In this document: one piece after another, positions 38,633 to 50,215 of the stretch
How positions within the stretch are numbered: the stretch's first letter is position 1
How the letters are laid out: each line of letters starts with the position of its first letter
Made by a program: the position numbers and the translations under genes
Source: a virus
Lineage: Duplodnaviria; Caudoviricetes
IMG/VR virus record: IMGVR_UViG_3300033177_000258
Reading direction: 5' to 3' (one strand)
DNA length: 64,000 bases
Notes under the pieces: model-generated
Seen by the model: only the letters and a program-made list of their open reading frames with translations
What the model was told of the DNA's origin: nothing
The model's database searches: none

Positions 38633-39346
38633 ATGCGTCTTTCTATCCTAACTCCAACAATCAGGGGTAGCCGCTGCGATGCGCTCTCTCGGGTAGTTGG
38701 CGACCTGCGCCAACATTGGGATGTGACTTGGTGGCTCTGCCCCAATGCTCCTGGATGGGACGCCCGGCCGCCGCTGTTTGCTCGGGTTGTGCCCCTGGTG
38801 TTCTCTGGCCCGGTGCCGGTTCTCTCTCGCATCAACCAGGCGCGCGAACTGCTGAGGGTAGCGGCATCGTCGTGGCCGGCCGACGTGGTTGTGTGGCTGG
38901 ACGATGACATGACACCCACGACCGAGCAGCTACACCAGCTTGCGTCCACGGCCATCCGTTCCGATACGCGAGGGCTTCTCGTCTCGCCTGTGATGCGGAA
39001 CCGACATAGCACCGATGACTACACCTGTGCCTGGGTCTTCACCCAGACTGCCGTGGAAGTTCGTGGAGCGGACCTGGACTTGTCCATCCACGGCCTGTCT
39101 TTCCTCCCGTCATCCGTATCCCGTGAAGATAGGGGATTCGTATGGGCCCACGGAGTGGGACTCGGTTGTGTCGCTCACCCCTGGGCCTTCTTGCTTGAGT
39201 TCGCCTTCCCTGCCGCCGAGGTGGCTGACGACGAGTGGTTGTCGCGCGCGTTCGCTGCGAGCGGGCGCACTGGCATCATTGTTGACTACACGCTTGACGT
39301 GGGGCACATTGATGCAGATAAGGAGCACTCATGCCCAGAAGTCTAA
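38633..39346 (+). CDS. GT-A-like glycosyltransferase
   Basis: WLDDDM, GVGLGC, DD, paralogous to 32080. Confidence 0.65.
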   Translation: MRLSILTPTIRGSRCDALSRVVGDLRQHWDVTWWLCPNAPGWDARPPLFARVVPLVFSGPVPVLSRINQARELLRVAASSWPADVVVWLDDDMTPTTEQLHQLASTAIRSDTRGLLVSPVMRNRHSTDDYTCAWVFTQTAVEVRGADLDLSIHGLSFLPSSVSREDRGFVWAHGVGLGCVAHPWAFLLEFAFPAAEVADDEWLSRAFAASGRTGIIVDYTLDVGHIDADKEHSCPEV

Positions 39347-42300
39347 TCATCTACGATGGACAGAGCGGGGAAATCCTGCTGCGTATCGCCGGCTATGCAG
39401 GCGACGCCCCCGAAGACCCGACCGCCATCTTGCCGTTGGCGCCACCAACCGCCAAGTGCAAGATTGTGGGCGATGACCTGCCCGAGCTCTTACCCGCCAG
39501 CCGCGTCAACCCCATGGATGAAACGGTCATCCCTGCGCGCATTGTCTACAGCCCCCCGGTGTCCTACAATGCCACTGGGAAGGTTGTCATCGTTACACCC
39601 CACGGTTTCGTGGCGGGCACGACCAAGTACAACATCGCGCTGGCCCAGGCGCTGCTGCGGCAGGGCAAGAAGACCAGCATCTTCTTTCTCGGCTCCTGTT
39701 CCCCCGATGTGGCTTCCTACCTGGAAGAGTTGGGCGTCCCGTTCGCCGAGGGCTCTCCGGCAGCAGCGGTGCAGTACGTATCCGATGCCGACTCGGTTGT
39801 GTGGCATGGCGATGGCGGGCCGATAGTGGCCTTCATCACCGAGTTCGCCAAACTGAGCTCGCGGCCGCACAGCACCTTGGTCCTGCACATGGAGAGCGAC
39901 TTCCTCATGGCCGCCTATGCGGCGCCAGTAGTGGAGCGCCTGGTGGTTGTCGGTCGCTGGATGCTCAAGCACTTCCCCTACGCAACCTGGTGTCCGCCCC
40001 CCGCCGTCATCGAGCCTCAGGCCGGCAACCGCGACGAGAGGACCATTGTCTATCTCGGACGGTTGGCCGAGCATAAGGGACTGGAGAACCTGGTCAGTTC
40101 GCTGTGCGTGCTGGAGGACTTCAGGCTGGTACTGGTGGGTGCCGGTCCATTGCACGACCCCCTCATTACTCGTGCTAAGGAGCTCGGCTGCGCTGACCGG
40201 CTTACGGTGGTGGATGGCGACCTCCGCGCAACACGGCACCTCAGCCGGGGTGGCATATTCGTGTTGGCCAGTGAGAGCGAGGGGGCCTCTGTCGCCTTGG
40301 TTGAAGCCATCGCGGCCGGGCTCAAGGTGGTGGCCACTCCGGTTGGGGACGCGCCTTGGCTGGCAGAAGAAAAAGGCGTGCCCATCACCATCATCCCCAA
40401 CAACCAGGTGAACAGCATTGTCTCGGGCGTGGTGCAGTCTCACGCCCAGTTCGGTAACGCCCCCTTGCCACCTCAGTATTCCATATCGTACTTCGAACAG
40501 GTATGGCGCCACACCTTGCCGCTCAGTCCGGTCGAAGCGCCGGCCGCGACAACCGCTCGGCCGAAGGTGTCTGTTCTGATGCCGGTCTACGGCTACAAGC
40601 ATCTGATGGATGGCGCCATTGCAAGTGTGCTCAACCAAAGCGACGCCTTGGAAGTTGTGGTCGTGGACAACGGGAACCAAGACGACACTCTGGCTCGACT
40701 CCAAGACTGGCAGCAGCGCGACCCCCGTGTGAAGCCAGTCTCCGTCTTGAACAACGTCGGGCTATCCGGGGCAAGGAACCAAGCACTGCGAGCCGCGACG
40801 GGGGAATGGGTTTGTCTTCTAGACCCCGACGACCGCTACATGCCAGGCTTCATCGAGCCCCGGTTGGCCCTGATGGGCGCCGACCGGCGCGCCGTTCTCT
40901 CCTGCGGCCAGGCCCTGGCCGTTCGCGATGGCCAGCCGCAAGGCATCATGCCCAGCGCTCCCTATGACCGGGCAGTCCAGAGCGGCAACAACCGAGTTCT
41001 GTGTCAGTCAGTCATGATGCCGCACTGGGCGGCAGTCGCGGCAGGCGGCAATGAGCCTTGGCGGTATGCTGAGGACTGGGGGCTGTGGGCGCGGTTGGCG
41101 TCGGCCGGCGAAGTCTTGTTTGACGGCCGCCCGGTATACGAACTCCATGCGCACGCCCAACAGCGCAGCCGCATCACCAGTGAAGGGCTCTGGGACAAGT
41201 ATGCTTGTAACTTGCGCGCCGCATTCCACAACGCCTTCTGCTATGGCTTCACTCGGCCGCTGAGCATTTTGATGGTGCTCCCCGACCTGGAGCCCAATGG
41301 GGCCCAGCACGCGGCTCTGCAGATTGCTCTGCGTCTCAAGGCCGCTGGTCACGGAGTGGACGTGCTTTCTCTGATGCCATATTGGGCACCCCCGTCCGAG
41401 TGGGCGGAAAGCGGTCTCAGTGTTTCCTGCGCCAGCGGTTGGGACAACTTCCTGCAGATGACGAAGAGCGGTCGCTATGATGTTGCTTTCATCCATTGTT
41501 GGTCGGGTTCCGGCATCATTGCCTCTACCCACTGCTCGCTTCCGGCTGTGGTTGTCCATCATTCGGTTGAGGCGGATACGCGGCCTCCTAACGACGACAG
41601 GGCTCTGCGCCTGCACGTTTCGGTCGCTCCCTACGGGCGGGCTAAGTTCTCGTTCGAGCCGGTGACGGACGGCGAGCCGGCGACCAACACCTACATCTGC
41701 AACGGTGTAGACACCGACCGCATCAACAGTGTGCGGGTCGGTAAACAGCAAGCCAGAGAAGAACTGGGCATCCCAATGGACCAGAAATTGGTGGTGTCGG
41801 TGACGCGCGCTGACCGCGAGAAAGGCGCCGACATCCTGATGGATGTTCCACAGCATGTTGCGGATGACGTGAAGTTTGTGGCCATTGGGGTCGCGCCGGG
41901 CCAGGCGCTCTACGAGACGGTTATGTCTAACTTTGTTCTGTTTGGGGTGGAGAGCAAAGGAGTGCTGCCTTGGGAACAGGTCGTGCGTTGGCTGGAAGCG
42001 GCGGATGTGCTGTTGGTCCCATCGCGGCGCGAGGCGCACAGTTTGGTTGTTATGGAGAGTCTGGCGCTCGGTACATTGGTCGTGGGCGCGGCGTCTGCTT
42101 TGCCGTCTGAGGATATACGCGGCTTGTACCGGGTGAGCGCCCCGGACGCTCGTCAGTTGGCCGAAGCGCTCAGCCAGGCCCTGTCATCAGGAGAGACAGT
42201 AGGCCCGCTGCCTGAAGAGTGGAGCTGGGAAACGATTGCTTTCAAGTATGGAGCGGCTCTGCGCTTGTTGGCATTGCGCGACAAGTGGACCAAGTGTGAG

Positions 42301-42972
42301 CGCAACATGGAAGTCCCGCCCCAGCCGCCAATAAACCTGGCTGTCACCCTGGAGCTGCCTGAGACTGCCCGTTTGGTTTCGTTTGGGTTGATGGTTAAGA
42401 TGGCGCTGGAGAGAGCGGGGGTCGCTATTGTGGCGCCCGGCGAGAGTCGGCACCGCTTGGCCCTGTCTGCCGATGGGAGATTCTTGGAGGTCTACGACCA
42501 GCTTAGGCTTGTGGGGCGTGTGTATTTCGACCCAGCGCTTTTTGGGCAAGCTGGGCCGGAGGACAGACTGTGCCCCCCGCCCATCATCCCGGCGCACGTA
42601 ACGCAGGGACCTTCTCCCATCTGCGTGGGTGATGTCCCATTGTTGCGGAACGCCGAAGCGCGCCCCGCCGCAGAGGGGCCCGCCGATTTTGCTCATGCTC
42701 TCTATGCCGTGGTGGGCGACTGGCTGGACGCGGTTTACGCCCAAGCGGCCGGTATCCCAGTAGCATCCGTGGCCAACAGCTATGGCCTGACCTGCAACTG
42801 GTACTCGGGTGTGACGGCTACGCCCGACACGGTAGGAACTGAGGCCGGCCGCATTGACCGCGAGACTTGGGCTTTCTACGCCGACAACATCCGTCGCTAC
42901 GGAGCCAGGTGGCATGCGCCTAAAGGGGAGCTGGCGCGGTGCGTGGCAGCCATGCTGGGTGGTGGGGAATGA
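39331..42972 (+). CDS. Multidomain glycosyltransferase (GT4-GT2-GT4)
   Basis: GRLAEHKG/SEG..VEA; VVVDNG/ARN/LDPDD/EDW; R.DREKG/PSRREA. Confidence 0.88.
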   Translation: MPRSLIIYDGQSGEILLRIAGYAGDAPEDPTAILPLAPPTAKCKIVGDDLPELLPASRVNPMDETVIPARIVYSPPVSYNATGKVVIVTPHGFVAGTTKYNIALAQALLRQGKKTSIFFLGSCSPDVASYLEELGVPFAEGSPAAAVQYVSDADSVVWHGDGGPIVAFITEFAKLSSRPHSTLVLHMESDFLMAAYAAPVVERLVVVGRWMLKHFPYATWCPPPAVIEPQAGNRDERTIVYLGRLAEHKGLENLVSSLCVLEDFRLVLVGAGPLHDPLITRAKELGCADRLTVVDGDLRATRHLSRGGIFVLASESEGASVALVEAIAAGLKVVATPVGDAPWLAEEKGVPITIIPNNQVNSIVSGVVQSHAQFGNAPLPPQYSISYFEQVWRHTLPLSPVEAPAATTARPKVSVLMPVYGYKHLMDGAIASVLNQSDALEVVVVDNGNQDDTLARLQDWQQRDPRVKPVSVLNNVGLSGARNQALRAATGEWVCLLDPDDRYMPGFIEPRLALMGADRRAVLSCGQALAVRDGQPQGIMPSAPYDRAVQSGNNRVLCQSVMMPHWAAVAAGGNEPWRYAEDWGLWARLASAGEVLFDGRPVYELHAHAQQRSRITSEGLWDKYACNLRAAFHNAFCYGFTRPLSILMVLPDLEPNGAQHAALQIALRLKAAGHGVDVLSLMPYWAPPSEWAESGLSVSCASGWDNFLQMTKSGRYDVAFIHCWSGSGIIASTHCSLPAVVVHHSVEADTRPPNDDRALRLHVSVAPYGRAKFSFEPVTDGEPATNTYICNGVDTDRINSVRVGKQQAREELGIPMDQKLVVSVTRADREKGADILMDVPQHVADDVKFVAIGVAPGQALYETVMSNFVLFGVESKGVLPWEQVVRWLEAADVLLVPSRREAHSLVVMESLALGTLVVGAASALPSEDIRGLYRVSAPDARQLAEALSQALSSGETVGPLPEEWSWETIAFKYGAALRLLALRDKWTKCERNMEVPPQPPINLAVTLELPETARLVSFGLMVKMALERAGVAIVAPGESRHRLALSADGRFLEVYDQLRLVGRVYFDPALFGQAGPEDRLCPPPIIPAHVTQGPSPICVGDVPLLRNAEARPAAEGPADFAHALYAVVGDWLDAVYAQAAGIPVASVANSYGLTCNWYSGVTATPDTVGTEAGRIDRETWAFYADNIRRYGARWHAPKGELARCVAAMLGGGE

Positions 42973-45434
42973 GCGTCACATCCATCTTGAAGACCAACGT
43001 CCCGCTCGCCGTGCTTGAAGAGCATGGGCCCCTCGTCTCCGTCATCATGCCGGTCTACCGCTATCGGCAGGTCATGGGACGCGCCATCGCAAGCGTGCTG
43101 GCCCAGCGGGTGGACTTCGAACTCCTGCTGGTAGACAACGGGAACGACGACAACACCTGGCAAGACATGCTTTGGTGGCGTCAGCAGGACAAGCGTATCC
43201 GTCCCATCCGGCTTGAGAAGAACATCTGGCTTTCTGGTGCTCGCAACACGGCGGCCTGGCATGCCAAGGGCAAGTACCTGGCCTTCCTGGACCCGGACGA
43301 TATGTTCTTGCCCGGCTTCCTGGAGCGCCGCCTTGCCTACCTCGAAGAGCACCCGGATATAGTGTTTTCCTATGGGGACGCCGTGCTTGAGTTGGCGCAG
43401 CAGGAGGGGGCGCTCATACCCTGCGGTCGGTGGGAGTACGACCCCGCATGGCAGACTGCGGCCAACTCCGTCCTCTGCCAGTCCGTTATTGTCCCGAAGT
43501 GGGCGTTCGTCGCCATAGGAGGGAACGAGCCTGAGTGGCACTTCGGCGAGGACTGGGGGGCGTGGGCGCGCGCGCACGCGGTGGGGCCATCCTACTACGA
43601 GCCGCGCAAGTCTTATGTGGCGACGCTTCATGGGCAGAACTGGCAATACATCACGCCGTCCAAGGTGCCCGACATCTATGACTGCAACCACATGGTTTCT
43701 TTCCACAACGCTCTTTGTGGCGGGTTCAGGAGCAGGAAGCTGTCGGTGCTCTGTGCCCTCCCCAACATCATCCCGAATGGGGCCCAGCGGCTGGCTCTGC
43801 GCGTGAACCAGCTCCTGCAAGAGCGGGGGCACCAGATAGATGTGGTTGTCCTCGGAGCTCACGAGAAAGACGATACCGACTGGGAAGCGAGCGGCCTGAG
43901 CCCACGCGCCTACGATGGGCGCTACGAGTTGCGGGACGCACTCGGTTCTTCTACGCACGACGCGGCAGTTGTTCATACCTGGCCGGGTCAAGACAAAGCC
44001 CTGCAGACCCACATGGCGCCCCCGGCGCTGGTGGTGCACCACTCCTGTGATGTTGATGTCCAGAACAACGTGCTCGGGTCTCCGCAACTGCAAGCCGTAG
44101 TGGCTAACCCCGAGCGGGCTACGGTGCGCTACTCTGACCATTTGGCGTCTGGCGCGGTCCCGTCCCTTATGCACATGCCCAACACACCGGGCCCCGAGCA
44201 GCCACAGCAGAACAAAGAGGAGTTGGCGGCCGAGTTCCGCCTGCCCACCGGGAAGCCATGGTTGCTTTGCCTGACGCGAGCGGATGCCGAGAAGGGCTGC
44301 GACGTGCTACTGCGCGTGCTCCCCGCCCTGCAGCAGTCTTTCGAGGTAGTGGTGGTGGGAATCACGAAGGGACAACAACTCTTCGAGCAGATTCCGGCCG
44401 CCCTGGCCGAAGCCGGGGCTCATTCGCTTGGTATTGTTCCGCACGATAAGGTCCTGTCGTTGATGGCCGCCAGCGAACTCCTGCTGGTCGTGTCGCGGCG
44501 AGAGGCCAACAGCATCGCCGTCATGGAGGCTGCAGTATTGGGTCTTCCCGTCGTGTGTTCGCGCGGGGCCGCTCCTCATTGGGGGGACGGCGTAACCCAG
44601 ATTGGGGTGTACGACGAAGGCGACGATGCTGGTTTGCTCGCTCTCTGCGGCCGCATGGCTGGTCGCGGCGCCCCCTACTTGCCTGTCGAGTGTTCGGAGC
44701 AGGTCGTCGCACTGCGGTACGAGGGTGCGTTGAGAGCCCTGGCTCTGCGCGGAGCTTGGCAGCACTGCCTTAGGTTCGCAGGGGGTGCGGGCGTCCTTCC
44801 TTTGCCCCACATCGCGGTGGAGCCTGCCACACCCATGGCTGGGCCTCTGGCATCCTGGGTCGCGGCGGACATCAAGCTGGGTTCCACGGAAGACCATCTA
44901 CCGCTGGACGCTAAGTTGCTGGTGCACGAGAACGGCGTGGCCGAATACTCCGAGGCCGGGCAGTCGTTCGGGCGCATATTCTTCAACCCCACGTTGTACG
45001 GCCCGGAAGCGGTCCCCGGCGACCTGTTGTGTCTGCCGCCAGTTGTGGCTGAGGAGCTCACTCCGGGCGGCTGCGTCTTAACGACCCGCGAGAGACCATA
45101 CGCCGAGCCGGCCGCTGTTCTTCAGTCTTTCTTGCCCCTGTCCAATCTGGCCTTTTCTGCAAGAATATATGTTGACTCCTTTGCAGAAATCCTGTATGCT
45201 CTTTCTGTCGGTGTGCCTCCAGTGTCAAGCGGCGGCTCATACGGGTTGTTCACCAACGACTATGATGGCATCGTCACTAGGACCGAGCACGAATTGCAGG
45301 TCACGGTGAAAGACAGAACAGACAATTTCTGGCGTGGGCGGATGGCTCAGTCCATCCATTACTGGCAGAAGCTCTATGCCCCGAACGGTCGCGTAGCCCG
45401 CGCCATAGCGCATCTCAGGTCTCTGAAGCGCTAG
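42969..45434 (+). CDS. Multidomain glycosyltransferase (GT2-GT4), paralogue of preceding gene
   Basis: SVIMPVY, VDNG, ARN, LDPDD, EDW, SRREA. Confidence 0.88.
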   Translation: MSVTSILKTNVPLAVLEEHGPLVSVIMPVYRYRQVMGRAIASVLAQRVDFELLLVDNGNDDNTWQDMLWWRQQDKRIRPIRLEKNIWLSGARNTAAWHAKGKYLAFLDPDDMFLPGFLERRLAYLEEHPDIVFSYGDAVLELAQQEGALIPCGRWEYDPAWQTAANSVLCQSVIVPKWAFVAIGGNEPEWHFGEDWGAWARAHAVGPSYYEPRKSYVATLHGQNWQYITPSKVPDIYDCNHMVSFHNALCGGFRSRKLSVLCALPNIIPNGAQRLALRVNQLLQERGHQIDVVVLGAHEKDDTDWEASGLSPRAYDGRYELRDALGSSTHDAAVVHTWPGQDKALQTHMAPPALVVHHSCDVDVQNNVLGSPQLQAVVANPERATVRYSDHLASGAVPSLMHMPNTPGPEQPQQNKEELAAEFRLPTGKPWLLCLTRADAEKGCDVLLRVLPALQQSFEVVVVGITKGQQLFEQIPAALAEAGAHSLGIVPHDKVLSLMAASELLLVVSRREANSIAVMEAAVLGLPVVCSRGAAPHWGDGVTQIGVYDEGDDAGLLALCGRMAGRGAPYLPVECSEQVVALRYEGALRALALRGAWQHCLRFAGGAGVLPLPHIAVEPATPMAGPLASWVAADIKLGSTEDHLPLDAKLLVHENGVAEYSEAGQSFGRIFFNPTLYGPEAVPGDLLCLPPVVAEELTPGGCVLTTRERPYAEPAAVLQSFLPLSNLAFSARIYVDSFAEILYALSVGVPPVSSGGSYGLFTNDYDGIVTRTEHELQVTVKDRTDNFWRGRMAQSIHYWQKLYAPNGRVARAIAHLRSLKR

Positions 45435-45477
45435 AACAACACACAACATCATTGCAGCATGCGTAGAAGGAGCTATC

Positions 45478-46017
45478 ATGTCTCACGATTCTTCCCCTGA
45501 TGTAAAGCCCATGGTTGAAGAGCCGGGCGCCCCCGTTACTGAAGACGCCCCCGAAGCGCCTCCGGCGCAGACCGGCAAGGCCAAGAAGGTCGGCCGGAAC
45601 GACCCCTGCCCCTGCGGCTCAGGCAAGAAGTACAAAGCCTGCTGCATCCATCTTGAAGAAGACGCGGCAGTCGTCAACGCTATTCTGGCCAAGATTCCGC
45701 AGGGCGTCACGGAGAACATGCCGCACTTCATCAACTGGCTGCTGAACACGGGCCAGATTCGCTACCTGGGCTGGGTTAAGCCCGAGGCGTGGGACCTGCT
45801 TCTCCTCCAGACCCTGCACGCCCGCTGCCTGACAGACATGCAGATGCAGGCGCGCCAGCAGCAGGAGCGGCAGGCGTCCAACCCGGAATGGCTCGCCCAG
45901 CAGCGCGAACATCTCGCCGCTCAGCTCGGCAAACTTGACGAGCGGCTCGCTGAGCTGGCCCAGAGCGAAGAGTCTGCACGGCCGCCGTCTCCTGGGAATA
46001 CTTCTCCTGCCACGTAG
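45478..46017 (+). CDS. SEC-C motif protein
   Basis: [20 protein letters not shown]. Confidence 0.85.
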   Translation: MSHDSSPDVKPMVEEPGAPVTEDAPEAPPAQTGKAKKVGRNDPCPCGSGKKYKACCIHLEEDAAVVNAILAKIPQGVTENMPHFINWLLNTGQIRYLGWVKPEAWDLLLLQTLHARCLTDMQMQARQQQERQASNPEWLAQQREHLAAQLGKLDERLAELAQSEESARPPSPGNTSPAT

Positions 46018-46052
46018 TTCCCCCACCCGAGAAATTACCCCAGGAGGACCCT

Positions 46053-48161
46053 TTGATAATGGTTGTAAAGCGTGATGGTACTAGGGTCGTTTTCGACCGT
46101 AGCCGCATCGAGGACGCCGTATACAAGGCGTTCTGTGCTGTGGCCCAACACAATGAAACAAGCAGCCGGCAGTATGCCGAGACAGTAACAGAAGACGTAA
46201 CCAACAACCTACCCAGCCTGGACCGCGATGTCGCAGTAGAGGACATCCAGGACGCCGTAGAGCAAGCACTGATGCGCCAGGGCCACCACAAAGAGGCCCG
46301 AGCCTACATCGTGTATCGAGAGCAGCGCAGCACCAGCCGCGACTTCAACCGCATGTTCGTGCAGGTGGACAGACTGGCTGACAGCTACCTGGGCCAGGCG
46401 GACTGGAGAATCAGCGAAAACGCTAACGTGACGTTCAGCCTCCAGGGGCTCAACAACTATCTGGCTGATGCGCTCACGGCGCGGTATTGGATGCACATTT
46501 TGCCAGCAGAAGCTGCAGAGGCGCATCGCGAAGGCATCATGCACATCCACGACCTCGGAATCTTTGCCCCGTACTGTTGCGGGTGGGACCTCAAACAACT
46601 CCTCGATGAAGGATTCGGTGGGGTGCCCGGCAAGGTTCAGAGCCGCCCTCCGCTGCATCTGCGCACTGCTTTGGGACAGGCTGTCAACTTCATATTCACT
46701 CTTCAAGGCGAGTCTGCGGGAGCGCAGGCTTTCTCCAACTTTGACACCCTGCTCGCGCCGTTTGTGAGGGAAGACGGGCTTTCGTATCGCCAGGTCAAGC
46801 AAGCGATGCAGGAGTTTGTGTACAACATGAACGTCGCCACGAGGGTTGGGGGGCAGAGCCCCTTCAGTAACATCACGCTCGACGTAACAGTCCCGGTGAC
46901 CTTCTCTGACGAGTACGCGTCCATCGGCGGCAAGCTGCTGTCCTACAAGTACAGCACTCTGCAGGCCGAGATGGATATGATTAACCGGGCGCTGGCCGAG
47001 GTTCTGGTGGAAGGAGACGCCAGCGGGCGTCCCTTCACCTTCCCCATCCCGACGTATAACATCTGGGGCGGTACCGACTACGAACATGAGCGCTGGGGCC
47101 CCATCTGGAAGATGGCGGCCGAGACCGGCTTGCCCTACTTCGCCAACTTTGTCAACAGCGACATGCGGCCGGAAGATGTGCGCTCCATGTGCTGCCGCCT
47201 GCGCCTGAACCATGACGAGATGAAGCGGCGTTTGGGCGGTTTGTTTGGTAGCACTCCTCTTACCGGGAGCGTGGGCGTCGTCACCATCAACCTGGCTCGT
47301 GCGGCTTTGATGGCGGGCTCCGATGTCGGCGCCTACCTGGAGAATCTGCGCCAGGCCGTGGCTCTGGCTGAGTCGGCGTTGGTGGCGCGCCGCAAAATAG
47401 TGGACGATATGACGCGCGCCGGCCTCTACCCGTACTCCCGGCACTACCTGCAGGGGGTCAAGGAGCAGAACGGCAGCTACTGGTCTCAACACTTCCTGAC
47501 CATCGGTCTCTGCGGCGCGCATGAAGCCGCCATGGAGCTCTTCGGGAAGGGCATCGAGAGCGTCGAGGGATACGAATTGGCGTCCACCACCCTAGACTTC
47601 CTGCGGGAGCAGGTGGATGCTCTTAATGCCAAGTACGGGGAAGAACACTACATGTTCAACCTCGAAGCGACGCCGGCCGAGGGCGCGAGCTTCCGGTTGG
47701 CTAAGGCCGACGCTGAGCGTTACCCGGCCAGCTACGCCGCCCAGTCTGGTGGTATGCCTTATACCGGCAGCACTCTACAGCCGGTGGATTCCGAGTTGTC
47801 GCTGTTCGACGCTCTGACCTTCCAGGCTGAGCTCCAAACCAAGTACACCGGAGGCACGGTCTTCCATGCTTACATGGGCCAGCCTCTGACGAGCCCCGAC
47901 CAGGCCCGCCACCTCGTTTCATACATGTGCTCGAACTTCCGCCTGCCCTACCTAACTCTGTCGCCGGTCTACAGCATCTGTCCGACACACGGCCGGATGC
48001 CGGGCGAACATGAGACCTGCCCTACCTGTGGCAGCGACTGCGAGGTCTGGAGCCGCATCGTCGGCTACTACCGGCCAGTCAGCCAGTGGAGTGCGGGGAA
48101 GCAGAAGGAACACGAGGCGCGGGTCTACTATGAGCCGGAAGGAGTTCTTTCGCAGACATGA
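46053..48161 (+). CDS. nrdD: Class III anaerobic ribonucleotide reductase with ATP cone
   Basis: VVKRDG, HIHDL, PYCCG, SMCCRL, EATPAEG, RIVGY glycyl-radical loop. Confidence 0.96.
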   Translation: MIMVVKRDGTRVVFDRSRIEDAVYKAFCAVAQHNETSSRQYAETVTEDVTNNLPSLDRDVAVEDIQDAVEQALMRQGHHKEARAYIVYREQRSTSRDFNRMFVQVDRLADSYLGQADWRISENANVTFSLQGLNNYLADALTARYWMHILPAEAAEAHREGIMHIHDLGIFAPYCCGWDLKQLLDEGFGGVPGKVQSRPPLHLRTALGQAVNFIFTLQGESAGAQAFSNFDTLLAPFVREDGLSYRQVKQAMQEFVYNMNVATRVGGQSPFSNITLDVTVPVTFSDEYASIGGKLLSYKYSTLQAEMDMINRALAEVLVEGDASGRPFTFPIPTYNIWGGTDYEHERWGPIWKMAAETGLPYFANFVNSDMRPEDVRSMCCRLRLNHDEMKRRLGGLFGSTPLTGSVGVVTINLARAALMAGSDVGAYLENLRQAVALAESALVARRKIVDDMTRAGLYPYSRHYLQGVKEQNGSYWSQHFLTIGLCGAHEAAMELFGKGIESVEGYELASTTLDFLREQVDALNAKYGEEHYMFNLEATPAEGASFRLAKADAERYPASYAAQSGGMPYTGSTLQPVDSELSLFDALTFQAELQTKYTGGTVFHAYMGQPLTSPDQARHLVSYMCSNFRLPYLTLSPVYSICPTHGRMPGEHETCPTCGSDCEVWSRIVGYYRPVSQWSAGKQKEHEARVYYEPEGVLSQT

Positions 48162-48988
48162 TGAAAGCGGCTTTCAAGTTCGGTCTGACGCCCGAGAGTA
48201 CAGTTGACTGGCGCGGTCGTTTGGCAGCAGCCATCTGGCTCCCACAATGCAGCTTCAGGTGCCCCTTTTGCCATAACGGTGAATTGGTGAAGGGCAACTT
48301 GGATGTGGCCTATTCTCTTGAAGAAGTGATAGAGGAGGTTATTTCCAAGCGCCAAGGGTTGCTGCAGGGGGTTGTGCTCTCGGGCGGAGAGCCGCTCTTT
48401 AGTGTGGCCCAGTGCGACGCCGTGTGCGAAGCTATCGGCGGTCGCCTCCCCATCAAGTTGGACACCAATGGCAGTTTCCCGGAATCTTTCACCGACTTCG
48501 TTGAGCGCTGGAAGCCAGATTACGTTGCCATTGACATCAAAGGAGCGCCCGAGAACTACGCTGAAGTGGCGGGGCTCTCCGTTCCTCCTCGTATGCTGGC
48601 GTCTTCGGTGATGGCTACCCTGGAGACGGCGCTGGCGTTCGAGGTTCCCCACGTAGAACTGCGCACCACCGTCATCCCCGGCCTCAACGATGAAGACGCG
48701 CCCGCCATTGCCGAGTGGGTTGGGCACCTCGCCCCCTACATCACCGAATACTCGGTGCAGGCGTTCCAGCCGGGGCGCTGTCTCGACCGCTTCTTCAACC
48801 GTGTCCAGGCCACTCCCGCCGACATGCTCCAGCATTTCGCCGGTGTCATCAAGGGCGCCGGCTTCAATGCGCAGATAACACATGGTGCAGTAGCCGATAC
48901 AGACATCGAGGCGCTGGACGCGACAACAGACGCAACTGGAACTGCCGACCCGTCCGGGTCGGCCATCTTGGCCGAAGACCTTGAGTAG
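48158..48988 (+). CDS. nrdG: NrdD-activating radical SAM enzyme
   Basis: CSFRCPFCHN, SGGEP, KLDTNG; adjacent to nrdD. Confidence 0.92.
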   Translation: MMKAAFKFGLTPESTVDWRGRLAAAIWLPQCSFRCPFCHNGELVKGNLDVAYSLEEVIEEVISKRQGLLQGVVLSGGEPLFSVAQCDAVCEAIGGRLPIKLDTNGSFPESFTDFVERWKPDYVAIDIKGAPENYAEVAGLSVPPRMLASSVMATLETALAFEVPHVELRTTVIPGLNDEDAPAIAEWVGHLAPYITEYSVQAFQPGRCLDRFFNRVQATPADMLQHFAGVIKGAGFNAQITHGAVADTDIEALDATTDATGTADPSGSAILAEDLE

Positions 48989-49003
48989 GAATTGGAGGTA
49001 GAC

Positions 49004-50215
49004 ATGAGTTCTAACCACGGTTACGGGGGCTACCCACCGCCACAGCCGGAGTTCGCTCCGGCCCCGCCGCAACAGCCATACCCTATGCCGGCCCCGCAGT
49101 ACGCCGCCCCCGCCATGCCGACCGATGTCATGGTGCGCGCGCAGCAGCTTCTGGCGGAAGCGCCGCAGCCCAACGACGCACTGCTGCGCTACGTTACCGA
49201 AGCGGCATCGCCTGACAAGAAAGCCCTGCAGGCGAAGTTCGATGACGACGACGTGTTCAAGCTGAGCTGGGGCCGCGTGCCCAAGCACAAGGCATACGTC
49301 AAGCGCCTGTGCGAAGTGGCCCCGACCTACTTCTACACCATCCTCGGGCAGACCATCGTGGCGTTCGCCAATGACATCTGGTACCTGACTGCCGGCCGTA
49401 TGGTCATCCCCGGCGTAGGCGTCTGCGACGCTGTGGGCGCGGCCTCGTTCCGCGACAAGGCGTTTGGGGACAAGAGCACGGGCGCGAACATCCACAGCCC
49501 AGGCTACGGCGGCTACGCCCCGTCCAAGAACGCCAACAAGTCCGAGATGGACAACATGTGGCCGCAGTTCATGAAGCTGGCCGAGACCAACGCTTTCACC
49601 CGCTGTGCCTTCCGCCTGGGTGTGGGCCTCGAAGACGCCGATGACGAAGAAGACGGCGCGGCCGCAGCCACCTACACGCCGCCCCCGCCGCCGCCGAGTG
49701 GTGGCCCCGGCATGCCGCCGCCTCCTGGCGCGGCTCCCGTGGGGCCGCCCCCCATGCCGCCACAGCCCGGTTACGACCCGAGCGCGGCGGGTTGGGCCCC
49801 GGCCCCGGTTCCGCAGCAGCCGCCGATGTATGGGCAGCCGCCGCAAGCGCCGCCCGTGTACCAGCAGCCCGCGATGCCGGCGCCACCAATGGCTCCCATG
49901 CCGCAGGCCCCAATGCCCCAGGCTCCCATGCCGCAGGCCCCGATGCCCCAGGCGCCGCCGCAGGCTCACTATGCGGCCCCGCAGCCGCCCGACATGGGCC
50001 AGGGGGCGCCCACGGTCAACACCTTGACGGGGAAGCCTTCTGACGAGCAGTTGCAGCGCCTGCGCGATACCATTGCGCATACGGGCATCCCCAACGAAGC
50101 GCTGGCCGGCATCCTGGCCAACTTCGGTCTGGCCGACATCTCCGAGGTCAACGTGGCGCAGTTGGGCAGCATCGAGAACCTGGTCAAGCAGTACAAGCCG
50201 GAGGGTGATGGCTAA
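49004..50215 (+). CDS. Possible Rad52/Sak-like annealing protein with Pro-rich linker
   Basis: KLAETNAFTRCAFRLGVG resembles the Rad52-family helix; MPQAP repeats. Confidence 0.45.
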   Translation: MSSNHGYGGYPPPQPEFAPAPPQQPYPMPAPQYAAPAMPTDVMVRAQQLLAEAPQPNDALLRYVTEAASPDKKALQAKFDDDDVFKLSWGRVPKHKAYVKRLCEVAPTYFYTILGQTIVAFANDIWYLTAGRMVIPGVGVCDAVGAASFRDKAFGDKSTGANIHSPGYGGYAPSKNANKSEMDNMWPQFMKLAETNAFTRCAFRLGVGLEDADDEEDGAAAATYTPPPPPPSGGPGMPPPPGAAPVGPPPMPPQPGYDPSAAGWAPAPVPQQPPMYGQPPQAPPVYQQPAMPAPPMAPMPQAPMPQAPMPQAPMPQAPPQAHYAAPQPPDMGQGAPTVNTLTGKPSDEQLQRLRDTIAHTGIPNEALAGILANFGLADISEVNVAQLGSIENLVKQYKPEGDG

